The notes under the pieces were generated by a model. The model had not been told where the DNA came from. It saw only the letters and a list, made by a program, of their open reading frames with translations, and searched no databases. A DNA stretch of 42,706 nucleotides from Caldilineales bacterium. Lineage in GTDB: Bacteria; Chloroflexota; Anaerolineae; Caldilineales; Caldilineaceae. Below are positions 7,963 to 17,343 of this stretch, in pieces. A program made the position numbers and the translations under genes. Location: assembly GCA_038247295.1 (NCBI GenBank), contig JBBRVA010000001.1, positions 1-42,706 of the forward strand. Reading direction: 5' to 3'. Every line of letters starts with the position of its first letter. The stretch's first letter is position 1.

Positions 7963-9741
7963 CTAGGTGCGACGATTAATCGGTGTCATCCGCTTCCACT
8001 GTGTGACCTGGCCGTTTGTAGCATCCAGGACGACGGCCGCGCCGTTTTCGAGCTCTTCCAGGTTGCCTTCCGCCCCGATCACGGCTGGCAACCCTATCTC
8101 CATGGCGACGACGGCGCCCAGGCTATCTAGGCCAGCTTCGCGCGTGATCAGACCACCGGCGCGCTGTAAAAGATGGAAACAAGTTTGGTCGATCCGATCC
8201 GCAAAGATAATGTCGTGGGGGCCGATCATCATTTCTTCGCCATTAAGCGGCGGTTGGATGCGCAAAATACGCCCAGCCACTTCGCGTTGACCGAGGCCAG
8301 CCCCGCGCGCCAATACCCGTTCGATCGTGCGCACAATCATTAGGTTGGTCGCGCTGCGTACACTGCCAACGGCCCCCGCCGTTAACACAATCGTGTCACC
8401 TTCGCTTACGAAGCCACGCGTGCGCGCTACGTTGATCGCATCATCGACCACTTCGTCGGTATTGTTTAAACGGCGGGTCAGCAGTGAATAGATGCCCCAA
8501 TGTAGGCACATCTGGCGTTGCACCATCGGGCTGGGCGTGACGGCCACAATGGGCACTTTGGGGCGGAAGGCCGCGATCAAGCGGGCGGTGGCGCCGCTAA
8601 CGGTTGGCGCAATAATCGCCTTCGCATGCACATCCGAAGCCGTTTGCACGGTGGCATGGCAGATGGCGCCAGCCGAAGTGAAGACGGTTGGCTGTTCGTA
8701 GACGATGCGCCACCCGGCGCGCTCACGTTCGCGCTCGGCCTCTTCGGCAATCTTAACCATTGTCTGAACCGACTGCACGGGATAGGCGCCGCTCGCCGTT
8801 TCGCCGGAGAGCATAATTGCATCACTGCCGTCAAGCACAGCATTGGCCACATCGCTGGCCTCCGCACGAGTGGGGCGTGGGTTACGGATCATCGAGTCCA
8901 GCATCTGCGTGGCTGTGATCACCGGTTTGGCCGCGGCCAAACATTTGGAGATGATCATCTTCTGCACCATCGGCACGGTTTCGGGCCGGGTTTCGATGCC
9001 CAAATCACCGCGCGCCACCATGATCGCATCTGATGCCTGGATAATGGGGTCGATATTGCGCACCGCTTCCGGTTTTTCGATCTTAGAGATGACTGGAATC
9101 GCACGGCCAAAGGTAGAATCGCGCTGAATCAGCGCTTTCAGTTCTTCGACCTCGGCCGGGCCACGCACAAAGCTCAAGGCAATCCAGTCCGCCTGACGCT
9201 CCAATGCAAATTTGACATCTTCGCGATCTTTTTCGGTGAGGGCAGGAATATCGAGCGATGCATCTGGCAGATTCATGCCCTTATTATCGCTCAGTAGGCC
9301 GCCTACCACTACGCGGGTCCTAATCTCTACTTCATTCGCCTCGACGACGACGACTTCCAAGAGTCCATCGTCGATCAAGATTGCTTCTCCAGGGCGCACC
9401 CGATTGGGCAGATCTTTATATTGAATCGGCACTCGGCCTGGTCCGCCGATGATATCTTCGCTGGTCAAGATCAATTCTTCGCCCTGCTTGAGCGGTACGC
9501 CCCCAGGTTGCATCTTGCCCACGCGCAATTTCGGGCCTTGCAAATCGGCCAGGATTGCGATTGGTTTTTGCAATTGTTCGGAGACAGCTCGCACGCGATC
9601 GATCGTTTCGCTATGATATTCATGGGTACCGTGGCTCATATTTAGCCGGGCCACATTCATGCCGGCTGTTACTAATTGGGTCAGAATTGATGTTTCACGA
9701 CTGGCAGGACCGATCGTGCAGATAATTTTAACGCGGAGCAT
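7963..9741 (-). CDS. pyk: Pyruvate kinase with a C-terminal PEP-utilizer mobile domain
   Basis: MLRVKIICTIGPAS, NMSHGTHEYH, MVARGDLGIE and ATQMLDSM motifs. The roughly 110-aa C-terminal extension ends ...GLITREAGLDSLGAVVAMEIGLPAVIG. An AGGGGGG Shine-Dalgarno is present. Confidence 0.95.
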   Translation of the reverse strand: MLRVKIICTIGPASRETSILTQLVTAGMNVARLNMSHGTHEYHSETIDRVRAVSEQLQKPIAILADLQGPKLRVGKMQPGGVPLKQGEELILTSEDIIGGPGRVPIQYKDLPNRVRPGEAILIDDGLLEVVVVEANEVEIRTRVVVGGLLSDNKGMNLPDASLDIPALTEKDREDVKFALERQADWIALSFVRGPAEVEELKALIQRDSTFGRAIPVISKIEKPEAVRNIDPIIQASDAIMVARGDLGIETRPETVPMVQKMIISKCLAAAKPVITATQMLDSMIRNPRPTRAEASDVANAVLDGSDAIMLSGETASGAYPVQSVQTMVKIAEEAERERERAGWRIVYEQPTVFTSAGAICHATVQTASDVHAKAIIAPTVSGATARLIAAFRPKVPIVAVTPSPMVQRQMCLHWGIYSLLTRRLNNTDEVVDDAINVARTRGFVSEGDTIVLTAGAVGSVRSATNLMIVRTIERVLARGAGLGQREVAGRILRIQPPLNGEEMMIGPHDIIFADRIDQTCFHLLQRAGGLITREAGLDSLGAVVAMEIGLPAVIGAEGNLEELENGAAVVLDATNGQVTQWKRMTPINRRT

Positions 9742-9890
9742 GGTCCCCCCTAAAGAAAGACACTCGCAAATTTTTTACATACAAATGTTTTATCAACGAA
9801 ATAATTCTCTTATCCTACCACAAGATCATCCAGAATAAGAAGTTTAAGGATTTTTGTGGATGCTTTATTGGATAGAGTGCTAAATCAAAA

Positions 9891-9990
9891 GGGTGTGATT
9901 CATTTGGGTTGAGGAGGCAGCGTTCTCTAACGCTGCTCTGGTCGCATTAGAGAATGCTCCCTCCTCGTTCAACTCAGATGAAACACACCC
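9891..9990. mobile_element. MITE-like 100-bp palindromic element flanked by a 9-bp direct duplication
   Basis: Termini are GGGTGTGATTCATTTGGGTTGA... and ...TCAACTCAGATGAAACACACCC. Inner arms are AGCGTTCTCTAACG and CATTAGAGAATGCT. AAATCAAAA occurs immediately left (9882-9890) and right (9991-9999). The direct match extends to 12 nt, so the exact boundary is ambiguous by 3 nt. Confidence 0.6.
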
Positions 9991-10009
9991 AAATCAAAAG
10001 GGGAAAATT

Positions 10010-10061
10010 TAGGGATTAGATATTGGGTATTACTCGCTTACTATCCAATATCTAATCCCTA
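10010..10061. repeat. Heptad-phased hairpin with a 17-bp perfect inverted repeat
   Basis: TAGGGATTAGATATTGG (10010-10026) pairs with CCAATATCTAATCCCTA (10045-10061). Reads in continuous 7-nt phase: TAGGGAT TAGATAT TGGGTAT TACTCGC TTACTAT CCAATAT CTAATCC. Confidence 0.9.
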
Positions 10062-10311
10062 TGTATGTACGGAACTTATTTGTTTACTCTGTTGTGTTGT
10101 ACGATAACCGCTACTTGTTGAACGCCGGCAGTTTTTTGGGCGGACACACAGTGGCGCGAGAAAGATGGCGAGGGCTAAACATACGGAGTGGATAGCGCAA
10201 GCTGGCTATGCACCCCGCACTATAAAAGTGGTTGACAATCAACGATCAACAACGTTGGTGATTCGCTTGTCACCGTTGTACAAGCATCGTTGTGCTCGTG
10301 ATAAGGTGCAT

Positions 10312-11388
10312 TTATAAGACCGCACTACGCTCCATTTCTCGGCCATCGACACTCTCTTGCACGCCCCGTTCTTGGGCTTCGGCCAAAGAAATTTCACCGG
10401 CATCGTGGCGGGCGCGAGACTGATGAAACTCCTCATTGGTCATGCCTAGGGGCTTTTCGTCGAGAATTAATTTGTGCAACCCCAACCGTAAGCCTTTGAG
10501 TGTGCGTTCTAAGGGCTTTTCGCTGTATATCTCGGCAAAAGTTGCCACAGCCGTATCCGGATCCAGCGGTGCTAACTCATATTCTCGCGCCAATCGCTCG
10601 CGGTGGAGCGCAATCCAGAAGTAGATATCTGCTTCTGTCCGGTTGGGAAAATGTTCAAGCAAACGATAGTGGCGGATGGCTTCAACTACGGGCATATAGA
10701 CGTTGTCATACCAACTCACAACTGCCTCTGCCCAAGTCAGACGTGTCTTGCTCCCCGTGCGCGCTAGATCTAGATTGCGCAAATAGCGATGCACTTCGAT
10801 ATGTTCTAACATCATCGCATACCGGCCCGGTTCGGTTAATGTTAAACCATGATCGGGGCGCAATTCATCTAAGTGAGTTTCATTTAAGAAATCAGTATAT
10901 TCGGCTTTAATTAGCCATTGGTCGCGTTCAAAATCATCCGCTGTCAACGGAACTTCGGTTTTTACTTCGGTCACATAGGCTTCGATATGGCTGGCATCAT
11001 TGGCGCGCGCCACACTGACGCGATGGTTGCCATCGCGCACAAAATAGACTTCACCGATTTTAAACAGTTCCACGGGCGGTACTGTTTCTAACGCATTCAT
11101 CGCCGCATCGAGCCGCGTCCAACGTTCTTGGTTGGCGCTGGCGCGGGGCAGGAACGTGCGCGTAAAGTCTCGGTAGCGTCCCACGCTGCCGACAATACGA
11201 TCCAGCCGCACCATCTGGGTGCCGCGTTCAATTTGCTGGCGCGCATTCACGCGTTTGGCTACTTCTTCAAAACTGAACAAAGTGTTCTGTTCACCGGTCA
11301 TCAGGCCCATCACATCCGACAGTTGAGCCCGGACGACACTCCGCTTAAATCTTTCTCTGGCCTCGGAAAATTGCTGTTCACTTGGCAT
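10312..11388 (-). CDS. ParB/sulfiredoxin-fold (DGNHR motif) domain protein with a long C-terminal helical region
   Basis: ELFKIGEVYFVRDGNHRVSVARAND is a ParB-like nuclease-domain signature. A GGAGAT Shine-Dalgarno lies upstream of the ATG at 11388. Confidence 0.65.
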   Translation of the reverse strand: MPSEQQFSEARERFKRSVVRAQLSDVMGLMTGEQNTLFSFEEVAKRVNARQQIERGTQMVRLDRIVGSVGRYRDFTRTFLPRASANQERWTRLDAAMNALETVPPVELFKIGEVYFVRDGNHRVSVARANDASHIEAYVTEVKTEVPLTADDFERDQWLIKAEYTDFLNETHLDELRPDHGLTLTEPGRYAMMLEHIEVHRYLRNLDLARTGSKTRLTWAEAVVSWYDNVYMPVVEAIRHYRLLEHFPNRTEADIYFWIALHRERLAREYELAPLDPDTAVATFAEIYSEKPLERTLKGLRLGLHKLILDEKPLGMTNEEFHQSRARHDAGEISLAEAQERGVQESVDGREMERSAVL

Positions 11389-11685
11389 TGGTACTATCTC
11401 CTCTAATTGCGATTCTTACATCGGATGCCGCTCGCTAAACTTCATTTAGAGCGCTACTTTGCGCAATGCGCAGCCATAAGAGCGTCTTGATGTAACCCCG
11501 CAAGTCTTGCGCGTTTCGTTCGCTTGCTAACCCATCGAAGGTGCATGCTGAACAAATACGTTTACATAGGACAGATGGATACTTTCTGCCCTCATCACCA
11601 ATTCTACTTCGCAATTCTCTCAATGTATGATTAATATTGCGTTAACAGGATATCAGTGTATATTTAACACTAATCCTCTTCCAGT

Positions 11686-11694
11686 ATTATAACA
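11686..11694 (-). promoter_or_regulatory. Extended -10 promoter candidate (TGTTATAAT on the minus strand)
   Basis: Reverse complement of 11686-11694 is TGTTATAAT. It would give a roughly 290-nt leader to the ATG at 11388. Confidence 0.35.
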
Positions 11695-11757
11695 TAGGTT
11701 TGCCAAAGATTACTGACGAGTTTGTTACAAAATTTCAGACCATTTCTATACACAATG

Positions 11758-11795
11758 CCAAAAACCGGCCTGTGGTAGAGGCCGGTTGATTTTTA
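11758..11795. terminator. Bidirectional rho-independent terminator
   Basis: Stem AACCGGCCT (11763-11771) with AGGCCGGTT (11779-11787). It is flanked by an A run upstream and a T run downstream. Lies 22 nt after the stop of the 11810..12859 gene on the minus strand. Confidence 0.8.
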
Positions 11796-11809
11796 CACTG
11801 GATCGGACC

Positions 11810-12859
11810 TTAAGCGATTGGGTTTACGGCACAACCTGCCAATGCCGTACAGATATCGGCGCGCAAACTCATGCAGTTGACACCCTGCACGACACCTTCT
11901 TTAGCCGGCACCTCCGCCGCCTGAAAGCGAATAATTTTGCCCAATTTTGAGATCACAAAAAGATCATGGTGCTCATCAACGGCGAACGCGCCCACTAGCG
12001 CATCGGTCTTCATCGCCACTTTACCACCTGCCCCTGGTGATTTATTGGCCCCAAAGCCGGCCAATAGACGAACAGTACCCTTACCATCGGCGCTTAGCAG
12101 AAAGACACCGCCATCAGCACTAGTCGCTGCGACGGCAACCACTTCATCATTGGGGTCAACGCGCATCCCTAGACAGCCGCGCACCGGCACCAAACGTTCC
12201 GAAAAGCGAATCGCCTGTCCTTGGCGTGTCGCGAGCAATAATTCATCGTTGCCAGATGTCCAACAGGCGCCGGCAGGTGGGCCACCTTCGCTGATATTGT
12301 AGAGAACGGTGCCCGGTTGCAAGCTTTTGCCTAGGTATTGGCTGCCAATCCGGCGCACCTGACCCCGTTTTGTCGCCAGCGCGACATAAGATCCGCCGCG
12401 GTCGGCAAAGGTCAGGGCTAAGTGTTCATCGGGCCGCAAAGGGAAATTTTCGAGCAGTGATTGACCACGGCTGCGCACTTCCGCCTCTGGCAATTCACTG
12501 ACGGCCAAACGAAAGGCGCGCGCTTGATTGGTAACCAGAATCAGGCCCGCGCTTTCGTCGGCGATTACCAGAAAGGCTGGTGGATCACTGGCTGCGCTGT
12601 CGAGATCAAAGACGCCCATGCCGCCCCGCCGCTGACGCGAATAGAGATGGCGGGGCGTGCGCTTGCCGATGCCGTTCGCGCTGATCGAGATAACGTTCAT
12701 CGTGGTGGGCGGCTCATTCGGCTCCATCGGAATCTCGTTGCGCGCCCCTCTATTTTCGCCATCCGCCTGGCGCAGGGTTTCTAATTCTTCTTCCAACGCT
12801 TCAATATAGGCCATCACTTCCGGGGTGATAGCACTTAAATCGGGTCTTTCTACAGCCAT
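11810..12859 (-). CDS. Stand-alone protein with GyrA/ParC C-terminal beta-pinwheel-like repeats
   Basis: Six repeats of the gyrase-CTD blade type: ISANGIGKRTP, LILVTNQARAFRL, YVALATKRGQVRRI, LLLATRQGQAIRF, VFLLSADGKGTVRL and LFVISKLGKIIRF. No gyrase N-terminal domain is present. Confidence 0.7.
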   Translation of the reverse strand: MAVERPDLSAITPEVMAYIEALEEELETLRQADGENRGARNEIPMEPNEPPTTMNVISISANGIGKRTPRHLYSRQRRGGMGVFDLDSAASDPPAFLVIADESAGLILVTNQARAFRLAVSELPEAEVRSRGQSLLENFPLRPDEHLALTFADRGGSYVALATKRGQVRRIGSQYLGKSLQPGTVLYNISEGGPPAGACWTSGNDELLLATRQGQAIRFSERLVPVRGCLGMRVDPNDEVVAVAATSADGGVFLLSADGKGTVRLLAGFGANKSPGAGGKVAMKTDALVGAFAVDEHHDLFVISKLGKIIRFQAAEVPAKEGVVQGVNCMSLRADICTALAGCAVNPIA

Positions 12860-12897
12860 AGTTTTATCCTGCTAGTTTCAAAGGTAAGTAGGTGAAT

Positions 12898-14769
12898 TTA
12901 ATTCGCGGGAAGGGTGGCCGCAATCTGCAAAATATCCAGCGCATACTGGCGGCTTTCTGGTGGCAATTCATCCCAACCCAAGCCCGCTGCCAGATGCTTC
13001 AACACCTTGTCAATGCCCCAATTATAAGCGACCAACATCCATTCGGCCTCCGGGCGTCCCTGCTTGCCAAGCATCGTGCGCAGGTAGTCCAGATAGACGG
13101 CGGCGACGAGGGCGTTGCTGTAGCTGTCAAATGGATCCGACATTTCGACGACGGGCGCCCACTCGCGCCATGTATTCGGCATAATCTGCATCAAGCCCAT
13201 CGCCCCTCCATCGCCCAGCGCGACAGAGTCGAAGCTACTTTCGATATAAGCCTGAGCCGCCAACATGCGCCAACTCAAGTCGTAACGCCGGCCGATCGCA
13301 CGAAACATCTGCTGATAGGTCAGGTGTTGCTCTGGTGCGGCCGGTTGGACATCCGCTATGGATGCCGCTGACGCTGGTTGTTCGACTGGCGCCACTGCTA
13401 GATTCGGCGCTGGATCACCGGGCGCTGAGATCTGGGCCGGCAAAACTAACGGCACCGCTGGGTCTAGCGTAGACACCGGGATTGGTTGGTTGCCGTTGTT
13501 CTGATCTGCATCTAGCGCATTGATGATAGGTGATGCCCCTGGTGCATTTGTCAACGGGTTGGGCTGATTGGCTGGCAAGTTGACCATGATCGTGATGACG
13601 GGCGGCGCAGCAACTTGATTTGTGATCGGCTGGCTAGCTGCGCTTTGGCTGGCACGCAGGACAAGAAAGCCCATCAGCAGCATTGCCCCGGCCCCAACCA
13701 GCGCCAACAGGAAAAAACTCAACAGCGCCCCCACATGCCAGGGCCGGAACAACGGTTTGCAATCAACCTCGACCGTGGCACTGCGCGCCGACCCTGGCTC
13801 ATCCATTGGTGTAATTAACATACGGACCGTGGTGGCGTTCGGTTGCAAACCAAAAAGTGACAAGTTGCGGGCGGTCACGATGACTGGCAGTTGCGCGGTC
13901 TGGCCCGGTTGCAAGGTAACAGTAGACGGTAATTTGGGTGCTGGGGCAAGCGTACGCTGCTTTGTATAATTGCGATATACAGGTCGGACGCGCCCTTTCG
14001 TGGGCGTACGGGTGACTCGTTTCGCTTTTGGTGGTTCGTGGGTGGCTACCGGCAGGCGAAATTCAACACGCAGTTGGCGACGCGTATCGGCGCCTTGCAG
14101 ACGAAAAGTTGTGGCGCAATTGCTCCGATTGGTGACGGGTACGGTCATGTGCGCTGTACGCTTAAACCAAGAGAATGTCATCGCCTGGGGTCGTGCTTGG
14201 CCTACACTAAAATCTACATAAGGTTTAATGACGAGCAGCGCGCTAAGGCGGCTAAAACGCTGTGGATATTCGGGCGCACGCACTACAACGGCAAGCGGAT
14301 GATCACCAGCGGCAACTTTGGTTGACTGCGGGGGTGTAATAATGATAGTGCGTGTGGTGCGCTCCCCTGGATGCAAAAGGGCATGCAGCGGCAAATGGGC
14401 CGGTGTGGGCTCGCCATCCCGCCCTGGCGTCGTGATCCAACGCTCATCGATCCAGCCATCGACGAAGATCTGAAAGAGCGCTGTGCGGTCGCCCTTGTTG
14501 CACAGGGTTAGCTCTAATGTGGCAGCCGTACCTGCCGCAACTGTCACGTGACGCTGATCTAGTGTGGTGACAATTACATCGTCGAGGTGATCGGGGATGG
14601 TCTGATCCTGGGGCGCGACCTGCTGCGCCGGACGTTCTTCCACCTCCGTGGCTTCGCCCTCGATTTCGATTACCTGCCAATTGCGCAGCAACGAAGGCAA
14701 GCCGGCAACGGGTGTCTCGTCAGGTTCGTAGATTGGGTTTTCTGGTTGAGATTCAGAATCGTCAAGCAT
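12898..14769 (-). CDS. Membrane-anchored protein with a C-terminal soluble lytic transglycosylase (SLT) domain
   Basis: C-terminus AQAYIESSFDSVALGDGGAMGLMQIMPNTW (catalytic ES...GLMQ motif). One central TM segment (LLSFFLLALVGAGAMLLMGFLVL). The N-terminal half has Ig-like beta-rich segments. Confidence 0.8.
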   Translation of the reverse strand: MLDDSESQPENPIYEPDETPVAGLPSLLRNWQVIEIEGEATEVEERPAQQVAPQDQTIPDHLDDVIVTTLDQRHVTVAAGTAATLELTLCNKGDRTALFQIFVDGWIDERWITTPGRDGEPTPAHLPLHALLHPGERTTRTIIITPPQSTKVAAGDHPLAVVVRAPEYPQRFSRLSALLVIKPYVDFSVGQARPQAMTFSWFKRTAHMTVPVTNRSNCATTFRLQGADTRRQLRVEFRLPVATHEPPKAKRVTRTPTKGRVRPVYRNYTKQRTLAPAPKLPSTVTLQPGQTAQLPVIVTARNLSLFGLQPNATTVRMLITPMDEPGSARSATVEVDCKPLFRPWHVGALLSFFLLALVGAGAMLLMGFLVLRASQSAASQPITNQVAAPPVITIMVNLPANQPNPLTNAPGASPIINALDADQNNGNQPIPVSTLDPAVPLVLPAQISAPGDPAPNLAVAPVEQPASAASIADVQPAAPEQHLTYQQMFRAIGRRYDLSWRMLAAQAYIESSFDSVALGDGGAMGLMQIMPNTWREWAPVVEMSDPFDSYSNALVAAVYLDYLRTMLGKQGRPEAEWMLVAYNWGIDKVLKHLAAGLGWDELPPESRQYALDILQIAATLPAN

Positions 14770-14817
14770 GGGCTAAGTTTCGCTCATTCAAAGATGGCTG
14801 TCAATTCTACGGAAAGC

Positions 14818-15273
14818 TTACCAGGTTGTGAGGAGCGCAGGCAAATCAACTGGGTAGACGGCTAGACCTACTTGCTTTGCGGTTGTCCACAATGCTTTAT
14901 CAAAGGTCGCCATCGTTACGGTTTCACCAAGCACTAGTTGCCAACTGAAGGCAGCCGAGAGATGAACTGCATCATAGCCGCGCAGTCCAAAATCCCATGC
15001 CCAAATGGCGGCTTGATTAACTACCAACTCGTTCACTTCAATGCGGTAGATATTGGCCCAATCATTTTGAAAAATGACCAAACTGTGATTTGCCTGGCTT
15101 TTCGTTGCAATGCCTGTTCGCACCGATTTGGCGAACGCCGCGGCCATTTCGGCGTACGTAATCCGTGCCGTAGCAAACACATTGAGCCTCTGGATAAGGA
15201 CGCGTATGTCTGCGCCACCAGGCTCGATCGAGTAACGTTTGATCAGTGCGCTGGTATCGAGATAGAGATTCAA
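14818..15273 (-). CDS. vapC: PIN-domain toxin (VapC family)
   Basis: MNLYLDTSALIKRY (first acidic residue), YAEM and YDAVHL motifs. 4-nt ATGA overlap with the upstream antitoxin gene. Confidence 0.85.
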   Translation of the reverse strand: MNLYLDTSALIKRYSIEPGGADIRVLIQRLNVFATARITYAEMAAAFAKSVRTGIATKSQANHSLVIFQNDWANIYRIEVNELVVNQAAIWAWDFGLRGYDAVHLSAAFSWQLVLGETVTMATFDKALWTTAKQVGLAVYPVDLPALLTTW

Positions 15274-15599
15274 TCGCGGTTTTCCAAAACAAGCTGGGCG
15301 AGGGTTTTTTCAGCATTGGGCGCTAGGTGGACCAGTTCTGATTCATCAATTGGTTGAACCTTTTTCCCGCTCCAAGAAGCAAAGCCCGCATCGATCATCT
15401 CTTGCAGGCGCTCCTCCCTCGTTTTGGGCAACGGTACAATTCGTCCAATAGGTTTGCCATGTTCCGTGATCGTTAGCGTTGCGCCGGCTTTCACTTGTTG
15501 CAAGTAAGCGCTCAATTGCGCTTTCAACTCTCTAATACCAACAGTGGTTTCTGGCAGCGCGGTTTCTGCCGCAGATGATTCTATCATTACTTGGTTCAT
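15270..15599 (-). CDS. Phd/YefM-type antitoxin
   Basis: GIRELKAQLSAYLQQVKAGATLTITEHGKPIGRIVPL is the typical prevent-host-death antitoxin N-domain. Overlaps the vapC start. Confidence 0.8.
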   Translation of the reverse strand: MNQVMIESSAAETALPETTVGIRELKAQLSAYLQQVKAGATLTITEHGKPIGRIVPLPKTREERLQEMIDAGFASWSGKKVQPIDESELVHLAPNAEKTLAQLVLENRD

Positions 15600-15644
15600 C
15601 GATTATATTTCCCCCATCGCGTCCATATACCCAATCTTTTGAGA

Positions 15645-15677
15645 CTACAATGTATCATTTGTGTCTACAATTGGCAA
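15645..15677 (-). promoter_or_regulatory. Candidate TA promoter with a direct-repeat operator
   Basis: Minus strand reads TTGCCA (15677-15672), a 17-nt spacer, then TACATT (15654-15649). ATTGTAG is repeated 20 nt apart (15671-15665 and 15651-15645), flanking the spacer and overlapping the -10 by 3 nt. Confidence 0.4.
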
Positions 15678-15678
15678 A

Positions 15679-17343
15679 TTACCGCGCAAGGTGCAGGAGC
15701 AGGTTGGCATCGATCTTTTCCAGGCTGGTGATTGTCCGATCTGGCCAGCGCACTTCCAGTTTTACCAATTGAGCCGCGGCTGGAAAGCCAAAATGCACGC
15801 GCGGTGGATCACCGGTTAGATAGCCACTGGCGGCGCGTACGTCACGCGTATAGATGCCAGTGCTGGTGTGTAGAATTAATTGTGCGCCGATGGCCTGGCG
15901 ATTTTGACTTTGCGGCCAGTCCAATTCGACTTGCAAATTGTCCCCACCACAAAGCTGATTCTCGAATAATTGGGCTGGGCTGCGCAGATTGTTGACGACA
16001 ATCTCCAGGTCACCATCGGCATCCAGATCAGCCATGCCCATGCTGCGTCCGCTGGCGGTGCTATTAAGCTGCCACTGCGGCATGGCTGTAAAGCGCCAGC
16101 CATCCTCATTGCGAAAGGCCTGGTTTTCCTCCACCAATTCGTGGTTGGGCAAATGGCCAAAAATCTTCTCTTCGATCATACCGTTGACAATGTAGAGATC
16201 GAGATAGCCATCGTTGTCCAGGTCGCCAAACCTGGCCGCCCAACTCCAGCCTGTCCCGTTGATCCCCAAACTGGCGGCCAAATTAAAATAACGACCCTGG
16301 TCATCGCGCGTCTGGAGGACATTTTCCATCACCTGCGGATCATCGACGGTATGTTCTTCCGCCATCATGTCAAGCATCATTGGCTCCCAAGCGGCCATAT
16401 CCTCAGCGGCGTACGGTTTCATGTCAGAGGCAAAAAATTCCGCGACGCCATCATTGTTGACATCGCCCTGATCGAGGCTCATGGTGCTGTGCGTCGTGTT
16501 GACAAAAGGTGTTGCCGCCGTCCAACCGCCATCGGTCTGCACCCAAGCTTGATCGCGTACAGCAAAATCGTTGCCAATCCAAATGTCGAGGCGCTGGTCG
16601 TGATTGATATCAAACAGTGCCACGGCCAGCGCCTGTGCTTCGCTGGCCAGCAAGGTAGGGTAGAAACGTCCGTCCCGATTTTCGTAATAAATGACACCGC
16701 CCCCTTGGTTGAGCAAATAACTGTTACCCAAGTCCGAGAGAAAACCAGCATCATAGGAAGCGGTGACCAGATCCAGATCGCCGTCACCATCCAAATCCCC
16801 CCAGTTCAAGGCATAGGCGGCTTTGGCTACGCCGGGCAGCACCGTCTTTTCAAAATTGCCGCCTGTGTTACGCCAATAGTTGAGCGCACCGGTATTGAGC
16901 GTCAACACAATATCGCGCCATCCGTCCGCATCAACGTCCACCACTGTGATCGCACGGGTTGGACCTTGACCAAAGGTCGTCTTGCGGAAATTTAGACCGC
17001 CCTCATTCCACAAAATCGTATTTGGTTCACGATAGCTGCCCAGAACAAGATCAAGGTCACCGTCATTGTCCAAATCGTTGATGGCCAGGCCAGCGCCATT
17101 TGCATCAAATTGGCGTATGATTCCATCAACCGTGGTTGTTGTATGGTCCAACGTATGCGTGACAAAGGTATCGGTGCAATCCGCAGGGGTGGCAAGGGGT
17201 GTCTTACGCACAAGCAGAGACGCAGTCTGTACAGGTACAGACGCAGGAGTGGCAGCGCTCTGCTGCGTTCCTGGTAGGGTGCATGCCCCGAAAATTTGAA
17301 CGAGCAAAATTAGCCCAATGACGCCAGTAGCCTTATGGCTCAT
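15679..17343 (-). CDS. CRTAC1-family lipoprotein (FG-GAP/VCBS repeats plus ASPIC/UnbV C-terminal domain)
   Basis: Lipobox LVQIFGAC. Repeated DxDGDGDLD Ca-binding loops (DLDNDGDLDLV, DVDADGWRDIV, DLDGDGDLDLV, DLDNDGYLDLY, DLDADGDLEIV). UnbV-like tail (AIGAQLILHT...RVHFGF). Confidence 0.8.
   Translation of the reverse strand: MSHKATGVIGLILLVQIFGACTLPGTQQSAATPASVPVQTASLLVRKTPLATPADCTDTFVTHTLDHTTTTVDGIIRQFDANGAGLAINDLDNDGDLDLVLGSYREPNTILWNEGGLNFRKTTFGQGPTRAITVVDVDADGWRDIVLTLNTGALNYWRNTGGNFEKTVLPGVAKAAYALNWGDLDGDGDLDLVTASYDAGFLSDLGNSYLLNQGGGVIYYENRDGRFYPTLLASEAQALAVALFDINHDQRLDIWIGNDFAVRDQAWVQTDGGWTAATPFVNTTHSTMSLDQGDVNNDGVAEFFASDMKPYAAEDMAAWEPMMLDMMAEEHTVDDPQVMENVLQTRDDQGRYFNLAASLGINGTGWSWAARFGDLDNDGYLDLYIVNGMIEEKIFGHLPNHELVEENQAFRNEDGWRFTAMPQWQLNSTASGRSMGMADLDADGDLEIVVNNLRSPAQLFENQLCGGDNLQVELDWPQSQNRQAIGAQLILHTSTGIYTRDVRAASGYLTGDPPRVHFGFPAAAQLVKLEVRWPDRTITSLEKIDANLLLHLAR

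Noticed and set aside
15970-16995. 341-aa plus-strand ORF
   Set aside because: It lies antisense to the CRTAC1/FG-GAP gene, whose repeated DxDGDGDLD motifs are clear. No motifs or start signals support the plus-strand ORF.
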